Shown here: piece by piece, positions 25,733-38,635 of the stretch
Position numbering within the stretch: position 1 is the stretch's first letter
Layout of the letters: each line of letters opens with the position of its first letter
Assembly (NCBI RefSeq): GCF_018350175.1
Contig: NC_058383.1
Span: forward strand, 6,574,001 to 6,638,000
DNA from: Felis catus
Lineage: Eukaryota
Reading direction: 5' to 3'
DNA length: 64,000 nucleotides
Notes under the pieces: model-generated
What the model saw: the letters and a program-made list of their open reading frames with translations, nothing else
What the model was told of the DNA's origin: nothing
The model's database searches: none
Made by a program: the position numbers and the translations under genes

Positions 25733-25849
25733 CTTCATGTCTGCGAGTAGTCGCAGGCCGTCCCCCGGCCTGTGGCACCCAATGGCCAGGTTGCAGAACG
25801 TCTGCAGGTTGGGAAGGATCCCCCTCTTTGCCAGGAGTGGCAGCAGAGC
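25733..25849 (-). CDS. PTCD1: PTCD1 coding exon 6: ALLPLLAKRGILPNLQTFCNLAIGCHRPGDGLRLLADMK
   Basis: ccacag| acceptor, AAG|GTGAGT donor, 117 nt, PPR-like motif. Confidence 0.92.
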
Positions 25850-26893
25850 CTGTGGGAACAGACATGGCACTTCTGTAAGCTGTAACCCACCGGGCCCAGC
25901 CAGAGCCTTCCCTGGTTGAAGCCCCAGTTGGGTGCTGTAGGCCTCGGGGGCACAGCAATGCTCGGGGGCCTCACAACCCCCTCTGCAGCCACGCTAGATG
26001 CTGCTCTCAGCCCAGCTCCCCAGAGTTCAGCTGCTCTGCAAGGACTACCCTGCCTTCTCCCCGAACGTGAATGGGAACATGAATCCCTTCACATTCCTGT
26101 CTCTGTTCCACTGTCGGTCATCCACCCTGGCCTTCGGCCTTCAGTGTCTAAGGCGGGAGACAGCGCCAACAACAGCGTGGGAAGTAACGGCCGAGGCTGC
26201 CCGGGCCAGGGGCTGCGGAAGAAGATGGCCTCGCAGCCTGCCTGGCTCAGGGAGGGGTTCTGTCATGTTTACCTTGTCTAGAAGGTGTGCTCTGCACTGA
26301 GGGCCTGAAGGCAGAGGCTGTGTCTCTTCACAAGACACAAGAGCCCACAAGAGCCCAGGTCAGTGCTCTGACAAAAGAGACGTGACAAAGACACATGGAC
26401 AAAATCCCACAAGGACTCCCGTGTCCCCATCTGTGAAATGGGGAAGGCTTGTACCAGCACAGCCTTGTGGTGCAGCCAGTGAAGAGAGGAAAGGATGGGA
26501 AGCTTGTAGAACAGCATTTAACACAGAGGGCTAAATCAGTGTGTGTGTGTCAGGGGTTGTGGCTGAAGGGTGGGCACACTTGGGAGCCACCAGCCTCTTA
26601 GGCCACGTGTCCCATGTGCCCCTCAGCAGTGTGAGGATGTTTGATGTCTGCCTCCACCCACCTGGGAGCTCCTCAACGGGGATGGGGAGAGTGGCTGGCT
26701 GGTTCACCGTTCGACTGTCAGCTTTGCCCAAGCCCAGGCTCAGGCCCAGGCCCAGAACAGAGACCCCAGACAGTCTGGGGAACGGATGACACACCCTGCA
26801 GGGGAGCCAGGTCCTGCAGTCAGAAGGTCAGAGGAGGGAAGGGAAAGGAGGGACCGCAGCCTTGAACCTGGTGCCTGCCTCTGAGCCCCTCAC

Positions 26894-27601
26894 CTTCGCC
26901 CCCTCCAGATCTCCAAGCTTGCTCTTCTTCCTCATCAGCGTGTTGAAGAACGTCACATCAGCCTCCACCTGGTGCATGTCCAGGACGGTCAGCAGTGAGG
27001 ACTCCGCGGGACTCCCGGGCTCCACCACCTCAGCAAGCAGTGTGAGGGTTTTGATGTTGGGTTGGAGCCCGTGCTCTGCCATCTTGCCCAGGAAGCCCTC
27101 CAGGCCCCCCATCAAGGCTAGCCGGTCAGCCGGGGTGGTCACAGTCCCAAAGGAGACCACAGCTGGGGAGACTGCTCCCAAGGTCAGGAGGTTGGTCTCC
27201 GGCCCCCGGGGAGAAGGGTCTGGGGCCAAAGAAGTGAGGGCCACCATGTGGTCAGGCTCTGTCTTGGTTTCCACCTCGGGCTGGGCCTTGCTGGGGCCTC
27301 TGGCTTCCTGAGGCTCCAGAGGGCCCTCAAGCACCTGAGAAGGTTCCAGAAACAGCTGCCTCTCCAGGGCCTCCACGTCCAGCCTGACTGACATGCCGTC
27401 GTCCCCCCGGGCCTGGGCTCTCCTCCTTGCCCGAAACCCATCTACCAGGGGCTGGAGCAAGACTGTCTCCTCCCTGGGCCTCAGGAGCAGTGCCGAGGCC
27501 ACCTCCGGGTCCCCCAGGCCGCAGTCTCGAGCTGCCCCCAGGAGCAGGTTGTAGCCATGCTGGCTTGGCTGCAGCCCCAGACTCAGCATCTGCCTCCACA
27601 C
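26894..27601 (-). CDS. PTCD1: PTCD1 coding exon 5: VWRQMLSLGLQPSQHGYNLLL...KSKLGDLEGAK
   Basis: cagtag| acceptor, AAG|GTGAGG donor, 708-nt open frame with PPR motifs. Confidence 0.94.
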
Positions 27602-28789
27602 CTACTGGGGAGAGACAAGCTTGGCCCTGTGCTCCCTCTCAGAAAAGCCCTCGGCAGAAACGGCACAGGGAGTCAACAACCATTCGGTAAATGCAAAGGG
27701 CACAGGAAGGAGCTGGACAGTATCTAATCCAACGCCAGGTTCTAGACAACTGAGAATCCTGAGAATCTGAGGACTCTCTGGAGGACCCCTGTCCTCCCTC
27801 TAGTTTACCCCAAAACTGTTCTCACAATTTCATCTCTCTGTCCTCTCCCAAGGCCCCTGTACTGGGAACAGACTTTGCCCTGGGTCTCTGCCTGCCTTCT
27901 CTGTACTCCTCTGGGGAGGGACGATCAGAGAGGCTAGGTTCCGGAAGAGTCTAGAATGACTTAAGAACTGGATTTAGTTGTACTTCCTGGGTGCTCACTG
28001 TGTGCCCTGCCCCGTGCAGCCTTCTCACACTTCCTGGAGAGCAGGCACAGTGGAAGGGGACTCAACCAGGAAGAGTGCCTCACAAGCTGGCAGCCCTGTT
28101 TCCTCTTGAGATCATTTTTATCCCACAGCACAGTGCCTTGCACACTCAAGTGTGTTTTCCACAGAGGACTGCCCTGATCATGTCTGGGTCAGTCTGACAC
28201 CAAAACCACGCCATTTCTAAGATGCCATGAGATGCCACACAGGGCTCACTGGTCTCACTGCCTTTGTGGGATCAAAAGAAGGCCACCTTCAGTGGGATGA
28301 CAGCTCACATCCGGCTTCCTATCCTTGTCAGGGTAAGTGTGCAGACAAGGTAAGGGCTGGTCAGGCCCAGGTGGGTGCAGCTTGCAAGACATCTGCTGCC
28401 CATCAGATAGGGATTTAAGAAGGGCAAGGATCTCAGCAGGCACCCCCATGGGAAACGCTGACAGAACTGAGGTTTAGTGGGGGCTTGGGCTCTAAGAGTC
28501 AGACGGATGTGGGTTCAATTCCCAGCTCTGCTTCGTAGCTCTGGGACCTTCAGCAAGTTTCTTAACCTCTGTGAGCCTCAGCTTCTTTGTCTGTAAAACA
28601 GGGCTATTGGTGCCTAGCTTGAGCAGTTTAATAGGTGCAAAACACAAACCAGCTATTAGCGTTACAAACTACCTCTAACTAGAACAGATCTAGAACAAGG
28701 AAAGGGAGGAACAAGATCTTGGCTGATTTTCACTATAAAGCTACTGCTTCCAGGGAGTCTGCAGAGGGAAGGCGAGCTTTTGGTCAGGG

Positions 28790-28960
28790 CTGTCCCAGGG
28801 GACACATGGGCTCACACTCCATGTGGATCAGCCACCTGGGGATCTTGTTGAAATGCTGATCTAGGCGCAGTAGGCCCAGGTGGGGCTGAGACCCTACTTC
28901 TCTGGCAAACTCCCAGGTGAAGCTAAGCTGCCAGTCTGTGGGCCCCGCCTTAAGTGGGAG
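28790..28960. mobile_element. MER5-like DNA transposon remnant
   Basis: cacctggggatcttgttgaaatgctgat ... ctcccaggtga motif. Confidence 0.5.
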
Positions 28961-29524
28961 GGCTCTAGGTGAGCTCTGGGTCCTCCCCACCTGTGAGAAG
29001 CTACGAAAGCAGCTGTGGTACCATTCCTAATACCACCATCCCACTTCATTGGGGGGGGTTCTCTCGGGGGACCTGAGGTGGAATCAGAGCAGTGTGTCTC
29101 AACTTCGATGTCCACGAGAATCTCTTAGGATTAAATGTAGACCCCTGGGTCCCACCTGCAGAGATGCTGAGTGGGGGCCTGAGGGAGGTGGGCTGAACAA
29201 GCACTCTGGGTAAGTGTGCTATGGGCATTCAGAGACCGTGAGCATAGCCGATCTGAGCTAGCTGCACAGAGGGCCACTCGGTAGAGTGGGAGAGGACTGG
29301 CTATGCCCTCACTTGGGGGTCAGCCATGCTGCGTCTGAGGGCCTCCTCTCCCTGCCATCTGTAAAACGGTGGGAAGCCATGTGCTTTGCAGAGGCCAAAA
29401 TACCACAAATATAAAAACACCCAGCACAGGGCCGTCACAGCCACTCAAATGCACGCATCACCATCTGCACCTGACACAGGTGCACAGGGGGAGAGGTAGG
29501 AAGGCAGAGCTGGGAGGGACAGAC

Positions 29525-29626
29525 CTGCAGGGCATATCGAAAACCCATCTTCTTGTCCTGGATGCAGCCCATGAGCAGCAAGCTGAAGGTCCTCTCGGTG
29601 ACTGCATGCCCTTTCTGGACAATTTC
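29525..29626 (-). CDS. PTCD1: PTCD1 coding exon 4: EIVQKGHAVTERTFSLLLMGCIQDKKMGFRYALQ
   Basis: cccccag| acceptor, CAG|GTCTGT donor, 102 nt. Confidence 0.92.
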
Positions 29627-31403
29627 CTGGGGGAGGGAACAGAGGTCACACTGAGAACCTGTGGCAGAGCCCAGTCCTGGGCCCGACGGGGCTGACTCAG
29701 GGCAGACACTCCTAGCACACCCCAGGCTGTGCATCCTGAAGAGGTGGGACCTGAATCTGGCTCTAGAGTGGCTCAGAACAAGCTCCTGAGCACAGCGATC
29801 CAGCTGCTGCCTGCACTCCGTCCTCCTCTCCTTCCAGGCTGCTCTTCCTGGCCGAAGCGATCACTTTTGTGCAGCCCCTTGGCAAAGACCATCCCCGCAG
29901 CCACTTCTAGCCCCTGTGCTTGAGGCACTGGAACTGCACAGAACTGGCTTTAGGTCCCAGCTTCGCCATAGGCCAGCTGTGAGCGTGGGAAAGGCATTAA
30001 GCTCCCTGGCCTCAGCTTCCTCATCTGTAGAGTGGGGTCACAGGTAGGACGTGCCTTAGAGGACTTTTGGAACAACCCTACCAAAAGGTGTGGGGCCTGC
30101 ACATGGTACGCGCTCATGGCGCTGGCCTCTCCCGGGCCTGTCGGGGTTGGCCAGACTTCTTGAAATTTCTTCCACCACTCAGCACCTCAGAGTCTCCTTA
30201 AGCCTGTCTTCCTCTGCCCCTCTTGTGAGCATGGGTGTTCCCACCCTTCCGGTCTGCTGCCGCTCTCCCGTCTCCCCCTCAGTCACCAACTCTTCCATCT
30301 CAGTGAGCTTCTAGTTTGTGCTCCCTCTTCCTGGACAATCACTGCTCTTTCTGAACTGGGCCCTCTCCCCCATCAGCCAGAGTGACCTGCATAAAATACC
30401 AATGCCATCTCTGGACAGGTCAGAGGCCTATCAGCCACACCGCCCTCTTCTGGAAGCTTCAGCCACCAGCCTCTCACACAGCACCCTTTAGAGGGATTTG
30501 TCACTCAGGGAGGTCTCCAGACTTGAGACCCCATGATCCTGCCTCTCCCACAGGCCAGGCCGGCTCAAGGCAGCCAACCCAGGGACTGGTCAAAGGCTGT
30601 CCCACACCACATGGTACTTAGACACTCCATCGGGTCCTGGCTCCTGCAGTGCGCAGGTGGGACCTCACTGGAGTAGTGAGGAAAAGCATCGGTCAGCCAT
30701 GGGAAGAGTGAGACAGAACTTAAAAGTAGAGAGCAGGCCGGCCCTGAGGGAAGACAAGGCTGCCAAGGGTGTGTCCAGTTCTCCTGAGGTTTGGTCGTAG
30801 GCACCTAGAGCCTTCCCTCCTTCCCATGAGCCTTTGTCTGGGTGTTAACTCATGTTGATCTCCCTTCACAACCTGAGAGTGCAGAACCACCGCCCTGCTC
30901 TCGGTCCTCCCTGCTTAAACCTCCCTCACTGTCTCCTTCTCCAGAACTGGAGATAAAAACCCTGCAGTTGGGGAATAAAAGAGGCTGCAGGCCAAAGCCC
31001 TGAGGCATTCGGGCCCCTGCTCAGCACTCCCATGAGCCCACTCACCTGCTCCCCTCAAACCTGGCACACTGACCTCCCAGACTCCGCCCTCCCAGAAACC
31101 AGGATTTTTCATCCCACTGCTGTCTCTAGGCAGGAGGCCTGCCCTGCTGGGCACTGACTTGCCCTCAGCGCTATGAAGCCCCGCCCTCCTCTGCAGCACC
31201 ACCGAGTCCCGCACAGGGAGACACAGCACACAGCGGCACACACAACCTGCCTGCACAGGGGAGGGGCCTCTTTATGTGTCCCACGAGGCCTCTGAGTTGT
31301 GAAGCCACGCCTGACCCCTGCACGAAGGACGCAGCCACAACCTCACACCTGCCACGTGAGACTGGCCCCAAGCGGGGGATGAGGAAGGAAGAGACACCCT
31401 CAC

Positions 31404-31622
31404 CTTGAACACATCGAGGCACATCCTGAGGTCTGCGCACATGGCGGCCATCTTCAGCAGTGCATGGTATGTTTTCAAGTTGAGCTGGAAGTTTCTGGCC
31501 TGGAGCTGCTGCCGGAGCTTCAGGGCACTCTGCAGAGCAGAGTCCTTCCAGGGGGACTCAGCGCAGACGTTGAACAGGGCCGTATATGTGGCATCTGAGG
31601 GCTCCAGGTCCCGCTTTTTCAT
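31404..31622 (-). CDS. PTCD1: PTCD1 coding exon 3: [30 protein letters not shown]...CLDVFK
   Basis: atgcag| acceptor, AAG|GTGAGG donor, 219 nt, PPR motifs. Confidence 0.95.
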
Positions 31623-32852
31623 CTGCATTGATGGGAAGAAACTTGGAAGTGGCTCTGGGGTCAGCTGGACACACAGGTGACAAGCTGCCCTGAGAGGAAG
31701 CTAGAGAGGACTCTGTTCCTCCATTAAACAGGCCCCCAGCAGGGCCTGCGCTAAGGTGGAGCTGAGCAATATGCCAGGGCCTACTTCTCCAAAACCCTGA
31801 CTCAGCCAGAGGGACTCTGAAAGCTAACCCTGCACTCCAGATGCACCAAAGTCACCCTCCCCATGGCCATCAGCCCACTCTGGGCCTGAGATGCTTTTAG
31901 CAGGATCCTCCAGATGCTCCCACCCACGGGCCGACGAGGTCACCTTGACTGTGAAGATCCATGGGGTGGATGTGGTCTGGGGAAAGGTAGGAGGGAACAA
32001 TCAAACCCCTGCTCCCACATTTCCTAACTGAGTGGTCACGGGCAAGCTAGCTCCTCACTGGAAAAATGGGGGTGATACCATCATCTTGAAAGGCTGTTGC
32101 AAGAGCCAGGTAGGAGAGTGGCCCCCACACTAGCAGCACATCTCAGGATCCCCCACCCTGCAGAGTCACACACCCAGGAGTGAGGCTGACGCTGTGCTTA
32201 TGAAGCCCTCCAGGTGACTGAGCAAGCTCGAGTTTGAGAAGCTCCTGGTAAAGCCAAGTGCTATTTCCCAGACGAAGGCCACCTGACTGAGGGCAGGTGA
32301 CAAGCTGCTTGCAGAGGAGTGTAAAGAAACTTCTTTTTAGAGTCAGGCCGTTTGGGGCTCAAATCCCAGCTCCAGTGCTCTCAAGCAGGGTAACTCTGGA
32401 CATAGCACTTTATCTCCCAGGGCCTCCGTTTCCTCCTCTGAAAAATGAGGATGGTGATCCTGACTTTGAGGACGGATGATGCGTGCTCTGTGTGGACTCA
32501 CATATACAACAGACGTGTATGAGGACTTCCTACAGGCCAGGCACTGGCCACCAGTGGTTACCAGGACAGACACAGCTTGTATTCATTGAGCTCATGCTCT
32601 AGACAGGAAGAATCATACCAGACAAATAAGTAACCAACAACAGTAGTAGCAGCTATGAAGGACACCCACAGAAAAATGGAAAAGGAAAACCAGTACAGGT
32701 GGGGAGACCTGGCAAACACTACTTTCACCAAGTGACCAAGAAGGTAATGTCATTTGTGATAGGTCCCGTGACACGAAGTGAAGAGGGCACTTCACCTCTG
32801 TGATATTCTTTCCCCAAGCCATAACCCCAACCTCATCACAAGAAAGTACAAA

Positions 32853-33676
32853 TTGATCAAAAAACTAAAAATTGAACTACCCTACGACCCAGCAATTGCA
32901 CTACTAGGTATTTATCCAAGGGATACAGGTGTGCTATTTCGAAGGGACACATGTACCCCCATGTTTATAGCAGCACTATCAACAATAGCCAAAGGATGGA
33001 AAGAGCCCAAATGTCCATTGATGGATGAATGAATAAGATGTGGCATATATATCCAATGGAGTATTATTCGGCAATCAAAGAGAATGAAATCTTGGGGCGC
33101 CTGGGTGGCGCAGTCGGTTAAGCGTCCGACTTCAGCCAGGTCACGATCTCGCGGTCCGTGAGTTTGAGCCCCGCGTCAGGCTCTGGGCTGATGGCTCAGA
33201 GCCTGGAGCCTGTTTCTGATTCTGTGTCTCCCTCTCTCTCTGCCCCTCCCCCATTCATGCTCTGTCTCTCTCTGTCCCAAAAATAAACGTTGAAAAAAAA
33301 TTTTTTTTAAAAAGAGAATGAAATCTTGCCATTTGCAACTACATGGATGGAACTGGAGGGTATTATGCTAAGTGAAATAAGTCAGAGAAAGACAAATACC
33401 ACATGACTTCACTCGTGTGAGGACGTTAAGAGACAAAACAGATGAACATAAGGGAAGGGAAACAAAAATAATATAAAAACAGGGAGGGGGACAAAACATA
33501 AGAGACTCATAAATATGGAGAACTGAGAGTTACTGGAGGGGTTGTGGGAGGGGGGATGGGCTAAATGGGTAAGGGGCATTAAGGAATCTACTCCTGAAAT
33601 CATTGTTGCACTATATGCTAACTAATTTGGATGCAAATTTTAAAAAATAAAAAATAAAATTTAAATTAAAAAAAAA
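32853..33676 (+). mobile_element. 5'-truncated carnivore L1 (end of ORF2, 3' UTR, A tail), interrupted by a SINE
   Basis: ORF2 C-terminal peptide LKIELPYDPAIALLGIYP...CTPMFIAALSTIAK, G-rich 3' UTR, TSD aaagtacaaa at 32843-32852 and 33674-33683. Confidence 0.92.
33094..33310 (+). mobile_element. Young felid SINE inserted in the L1
   Basis: Near-consensus; 17-bp TSD aaagagaatgaaatctt at 33077-33093 and 33311-33327. Confidence 0.95.
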
Positions 33677-34916
33677 GTACAAAGAGACATTCTATAAAAT
33701 CCTTGACCAGCACTCCCTAAATCTGTCAATGTCACAGGGGGAAAAAAAAAGGAAACTCAAAAAAAATAATAATAATCACAAAATGGAGAAGCCAGTATGA
33801 GAACCCAGACTGGATACAGGAATAGAAAGAGGATATCAGTGGAAAAAGTGGTGAGATCCAAGTAAAGTCTGGAGTTCGGTTAACAGTAATGTGCCAGTGG
33901 TGGTTTCTTAGTTTTGACAAATGTACCTTCACTATGTAAGATGTTAATATGGGGATTAGCTAGGTGAGAGGTATTTGGGAACACATATCTTTGTAGCTTT
34001 TTTATAAATCTAAACTTATTCCAAAATAAAAAGTTTATTGGGGAAAAAAAGCAGCAAATTGATAGAGAATAAAAAGAATGAACTGATCTTCTCCGAGGTG
34101 ACATGTGCCAATTCCCTTAAGGATCCCCCAAGTGTAAGGAAGTGCCTGCTACTGGACTGTTTACCAAGAACCACAATAAATACCCTCTGGCCCCACCTGC
34201 CCCTCACTTACCACCTGAATGCTCTTTGCTGGCTAGCTGATCATGTCTTTCTACACCATGGTATTTAATTAGGTTTTTTAGAGGACATGTTACTTTATTA
34301 TTTGTAACCACAACTCTTCCCCCCTGCTTCCAGCCAGGGATGATCAGGCCTACAGTAAGAGCATCCCAAATGACCAGCCGAGGGCTCCCAACAAGTCCTG
34401 CTGAGAGAAAGGATGCTCCCAGCTTCTGGCTCCAAGAGAGGATGGGGTCTCTTATACTGGAGTCTACTATCCTCTTTGGCAAAGCTCTCTCCTGACTCAC
34501 AAAAGAAACAGCTTCCTGGCTCTGCGAGTGATAAATACAACACAAGAAGTGGATGAATATAAAGTAAAATCATCTTCCAAGAGAAGTAAAAGCCCTTTTT
34601 TTTCTGAAAGAAGGGTGTGCATGTGCATAGAGCGTGGGGGGTAAGGAGGAGAAACAAACTGGGGGTGGGTAGCAGTGGAAAAGGAAGAGGTCGGGTGGCG
34701 CCTGCCCTGGTCGGAGGACTTACAAATTCATGTAATCTTCCAAGACCACCTCCAATTTACAGATGATGAAACAGAGGCTGGGAAGGTTAAACGGTCTGAC
34801 CAGGGTAATGCACCAGCAGGTGACATCTCATGATATGCACCCAGCTCCTTTTGACTCTAAAGCCCATGCTCTTTGGAGTATTACCCCTCTGGCCCCGTGC
34901 CCCAGCCCCCACTCAC

Positions 34917-35057
34917 ATCATTGTAGAGCCTGAAGGCCTTCTTCAGGTATCCGGCTCGCCCGCAGCCCCCGATCAGCACCGTGTAGTTGCATTCGAGGGG
35001 CTGGAGTCGCTCCTCCTTCAGCATCTGCCTCTCAAACAGCTCCAGGGCCTCTGCCAG
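34917..35057 (-). CDS. PTCD1: PTCD1 coding exon 2: [47 protein letters not shown]
   Basis: C-run+cag| acceptor, GAT|GTGAGT donor, 141 nt, PPR motif. Confidence 0.94.
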
Positions 35058-36263
35058 CTGGGGGGGGGGGGGGACATGGAAGAGGGCTCAGGTCAGCCTC
35101 AGAGACCCTCAGCAAAAGGGAAGGAGACTGAGACTGAGGGACCCTCCCAGGCGTGCCCGGGAGCCACACATCCGCCCTGGGCCTCTGCCACCAGCTTCTT
35201 GGTTCCTGTGCTCTGCAACAAGGGAGCTTCGTGGTGGCCAGGAAGAAAAGCCCCCTAAACTCCCACCACCTACAAAAGCTCTCAGCCCCCTTGCCATGCC
35301 TGCCTTCCCTCCAGCCAGATATTAAAGTCCTCAAAGGCAGGGCCATGTCTTTGCCTGTCTGTGGGCCTAGAGTGGAGCCAGGGCCTCATCCTCAGTAAGT
35401 CCTCAGAAAATATTAATTCTACAGATCCTGGAATCTGCCCTCCCCCTCCTTCCTTGGTGACCCCATCTGTAGTGCCAGCCCCCTGGGTCTAAGCTGGATG
35501 GGAGACTGGGTTCTGGCCAGTTTGGTAGGTACACTCAGGGCCACTGTGCTGCACAATCACAGGGGGCCATTCACAGCAGCAGCCTCCTGAGATGGCACAA
35601 GACAGCAGCCCTGAATGACTAGCTTCCTCTGGCTGCAAATCCCCTTGGCCCATAGTCGTCTCTACCCCGTCCCTACTCCTATACCACCCCCTTTAAATCC
35701 TCAATTCACTCCTTCACAACTTAATTATTTTCTTCGTCCATCGGTTCAGCCAGTAATTACTGAATCCTACTATGTACCAGGCAAAGTCTATTCGCTGGGA
35801 TACAGCTATGAACAAGAGGGAGATCCCTCATGGAACACATCTTCTAGTGTGGAAAGAGACACCAAATGAGATAACTAAGAAAAATATACACTGTGTCAAA
35901 TGGTGACAGGTTTTAAAACAAAAATAAAGCAAGCAGTGCCAAAAGAAGGGTATGGGAGATTCAGTTTTAGATGTGACAGCCAAGCAGGGCCTCAACCAGA
36001 TGACAGAACAGCGATCTGAAGGAGGCGAGGGAAGGAACCATGCAGCTATCTGAGAAAACAGCCAGTGCAAAAGGCTTGAGGCAGGAGTCTCCCTGGGAGC
36101 TGGAGAAGCAGAGAGGAGGCCAGAATGGCTGTGGCACAGTGAGGGAGGGGGAGATGAGTGGAAAGCTAAGGAGGGTGGAAGGCAGATCTTGCAGCCTTCA
36201 TAAGCTATTGTGAGGCTTTGACTTCTCTGTTTCTCAACTTTTCGTTATGGAGAGGTTCAAACA

Positions 36264-36485
36264 GGGGTGCCTGGGTGGTTCAGTTTGTTAAGCGTCTGAC
36301 TTGTGATTTCGGCTCAGGTCGTGATCTTGCAGTAAGTGAGATCAAACCCCGCGTCAGGCTCTGTACTGACAGTACGGAGCCTGCTTGGGAGTCTCCCTCT
36401 CCCTCTCTCTGCCCCTCCTTTGCTCACTCTCTCTCTCTCTCTCAAGATAAATAAACGTTAAAAAAAAAAGAAAAGAAAGAAAAGT
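36264..36485 (+). mobile_element. Can-SINE within L2-like sequence
   Basis: Typical head, (CT)n and A tail, flanked by gttcaaa. Confidence 0.88.
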
Positions 36486-37307
36486 TCAAATGCACAAAAA
36501 AGAGAATAGAACTACGATGATGAATGTTCAACCAATCTTGTTTCACCATACCCTGTTCCCGCCCCTTCCAAACTGAATTTTTTAAAGCAAATTCCAGACA
36601 TTGCACCATTTCACTCCCCAAATCTTCAACACACCCCTAAGAGATTTTTAAACATAAATGCAATGTCTTTATCAATACTTAATAAAATGAACATCAATGT
36701 CATTGAACACATTGAGAGTCCTGGAAAGAAAAATAACAATCTTCTTTCTGCTTTAATAGGATGGCTCTCTGCTGCAAGCAGATGTGGGAGAAAGAGGTGG
36801 TGTGAGCAGCAGGGAGCCCAGTGATGAGGGTTTTGATAGCTGAGGGGCTGAGGTTAAGGCTAGAGGTAGCCCTGAGGGAAGTGTTAGGACTGGAAACATC
36901 TTGAACCTGGAGCTGGTGAGAGAAAGAGAAGAGTTGGGGATGGCCTGAAGGCATCTGGCCTGAGAGGCATCGCCATTTAGTGAGATGAAGACAGTGCAGG
37001 GAAAACAAGGCTGTGAACAAAACCTTCAGATGAATGTGAGTAAGTGTAAGGGAGATGGTGAGGTAGCTGGATATGCAGATTGGGAAGGATGGGCTGAGGA
37101 TACCAACATGAGAACTGTAACAAGGAGGGGGACCCTGACAGCCAGGGGGTTGGTGGGTCACCTAGTGCAGCACCCAGGGTGAGTGAGGACAGAGAAGAGC
37201 CCTGAGCATTCAAATATTTAGAGATAGGGAAGGTAAGGTGGCCCTTTAAGAATACTGAACTACCAAGAAGTAGACCCAGGAGCAGCAGAATCCAAAGGTT
37301 CCCTCAC

Positions 37308-37772
37308 CTTTCCTTCTTTGATCAGGTGTTTGCACCGGAAGAAGTACCAGTAAGGGGTGTTTTTCCGGCCCCGCCATGGCTTTGGCTCCAGGTCCCTCTC
37401 CTCATCTTCGTCAACACTCTGTTCCCTGAGCCGTAGGTTATACAACTGGGCTGTCGATTTTTGGAACATTCTCCTTGAGGAATATTTGTTGGAGAGGGTC
37501 CCAAAGCTCTCTTCCTCTTCCTCCTGAGTGGCCATGGGGCCGGGCTGGCTCAGGTCAGAGCTGATGCTGCTCCTTTTCTTCTGGTTCCCCTGGCCAAGGG
37601 GCAGTTGAGAGGGGGAGCTGCTGCAGGCTTGTGTCAGCCCCGCAGCCCTCAGCCATTTAGGCCCCTCCCTGCCTCCTGCCCATTTGGCTCTGAGAGGGTC
37701 AAGGTGCTGAAGGGCATACAATCCCACTGGGCGAGGGCCGGAGAAGAGCCGGGCGAATCTCACAAGGTCCAT
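37308..37772 (-). CDS. PTCD1: PTCD1 first coding exon (mitochondrial PPR protein): MDLVRFARLFSGPR...YWYFFRCKHLIKEGK
   Basis: Acceptor ttgccag| at 37796, 23 nt of UTR, ATG at 37772, AAG|GTGAGG donor. The Arg/Leu-rich N-terminus resembles a mitochondrial presequence. Confidence 0.94.
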
Positions 37773-38219
37773 CTCTGGCTTTTCCCTTCTAGGGCCTGGC
37801 AAGGTCAGAAAAAGAATGAAGTTTAACTGGTCTTGTAGTCACAAAAGGCAGAAAGAGGACACAGAAGTGAGTACAAGCACAAGCTCTGAGATTAGAAAGC
37901 CCAGGTTCAGATTTCAGTTTTGCCAAACCATCATCCACCAGTCTCCCAGCACTGGCTGCTCTGGTCTCAGTCTCCTCCCCTGTAAACTGGGGTCAACTAC
38001 AGCACTGTAGCAATGATCAAATGAGGCTTCGGATACATGGCCCGCAGCATGGTGGTGGCATAGTAAACACCCGACAGACATAAGCTATTGATATTATCAA
38101 GCCATGATTTAAGAGATCGGGGACTGAAGTTAGAGCTGAGTTTGAGTCCTGTGGGACTAGGCCCATTACTTGACCTTCCTGTGCCTAGATATCGTCAGTT
38201 GCAAGATGCAGATAATCTG

Positions 38220-38432
38220 AGGTGCCTAGGTGGTTCAGTCAGTTAAGCGTCCAACCTTAGCTCAGGTCATGATCTCGCGGTTCGTGAGTTCAAACCCGGC
38301 ATCTGCTCTGTGCTGACAGCTTGGAGCCTGGAGGCTGCTTAGGATTCTCTGTCTCCCTCTCTCTGCCCTCCCCCACTCACGCTCTCTCTCTCATAAATAA
38401 ATAAACATTAACAAAATAAAAAAATTTAAAAA
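38220..38432 (+). mobile_element. Can-SINE
   Basis: Typical head and tail, flanked by gataatc. Confidence 0.88.
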
Positions 38433-38635
38433 GTGAGGATAATCCTACCGACCTCACCACGAGGGTAAAGATTAAATGAGGTATTTTTAGCACATTTCAT
38501 TTAATAGAAATTTTAGAAATCGTAGCTATTATAATGTACTATTAGGAAAAATTTGTCAGCATTCTGGGCCTCTGCACAGGGAAGTTAATTCAAACGTGTC
38601 TTTTCTGCAAAATCTGTGGGTAAATGGACTAGGGG

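Noticed and set aside
32778..33032. 84-aa ORF
   Set aside because: It is the C-terminal remnant of L1 ORF2 in a truncated element, not a gene.
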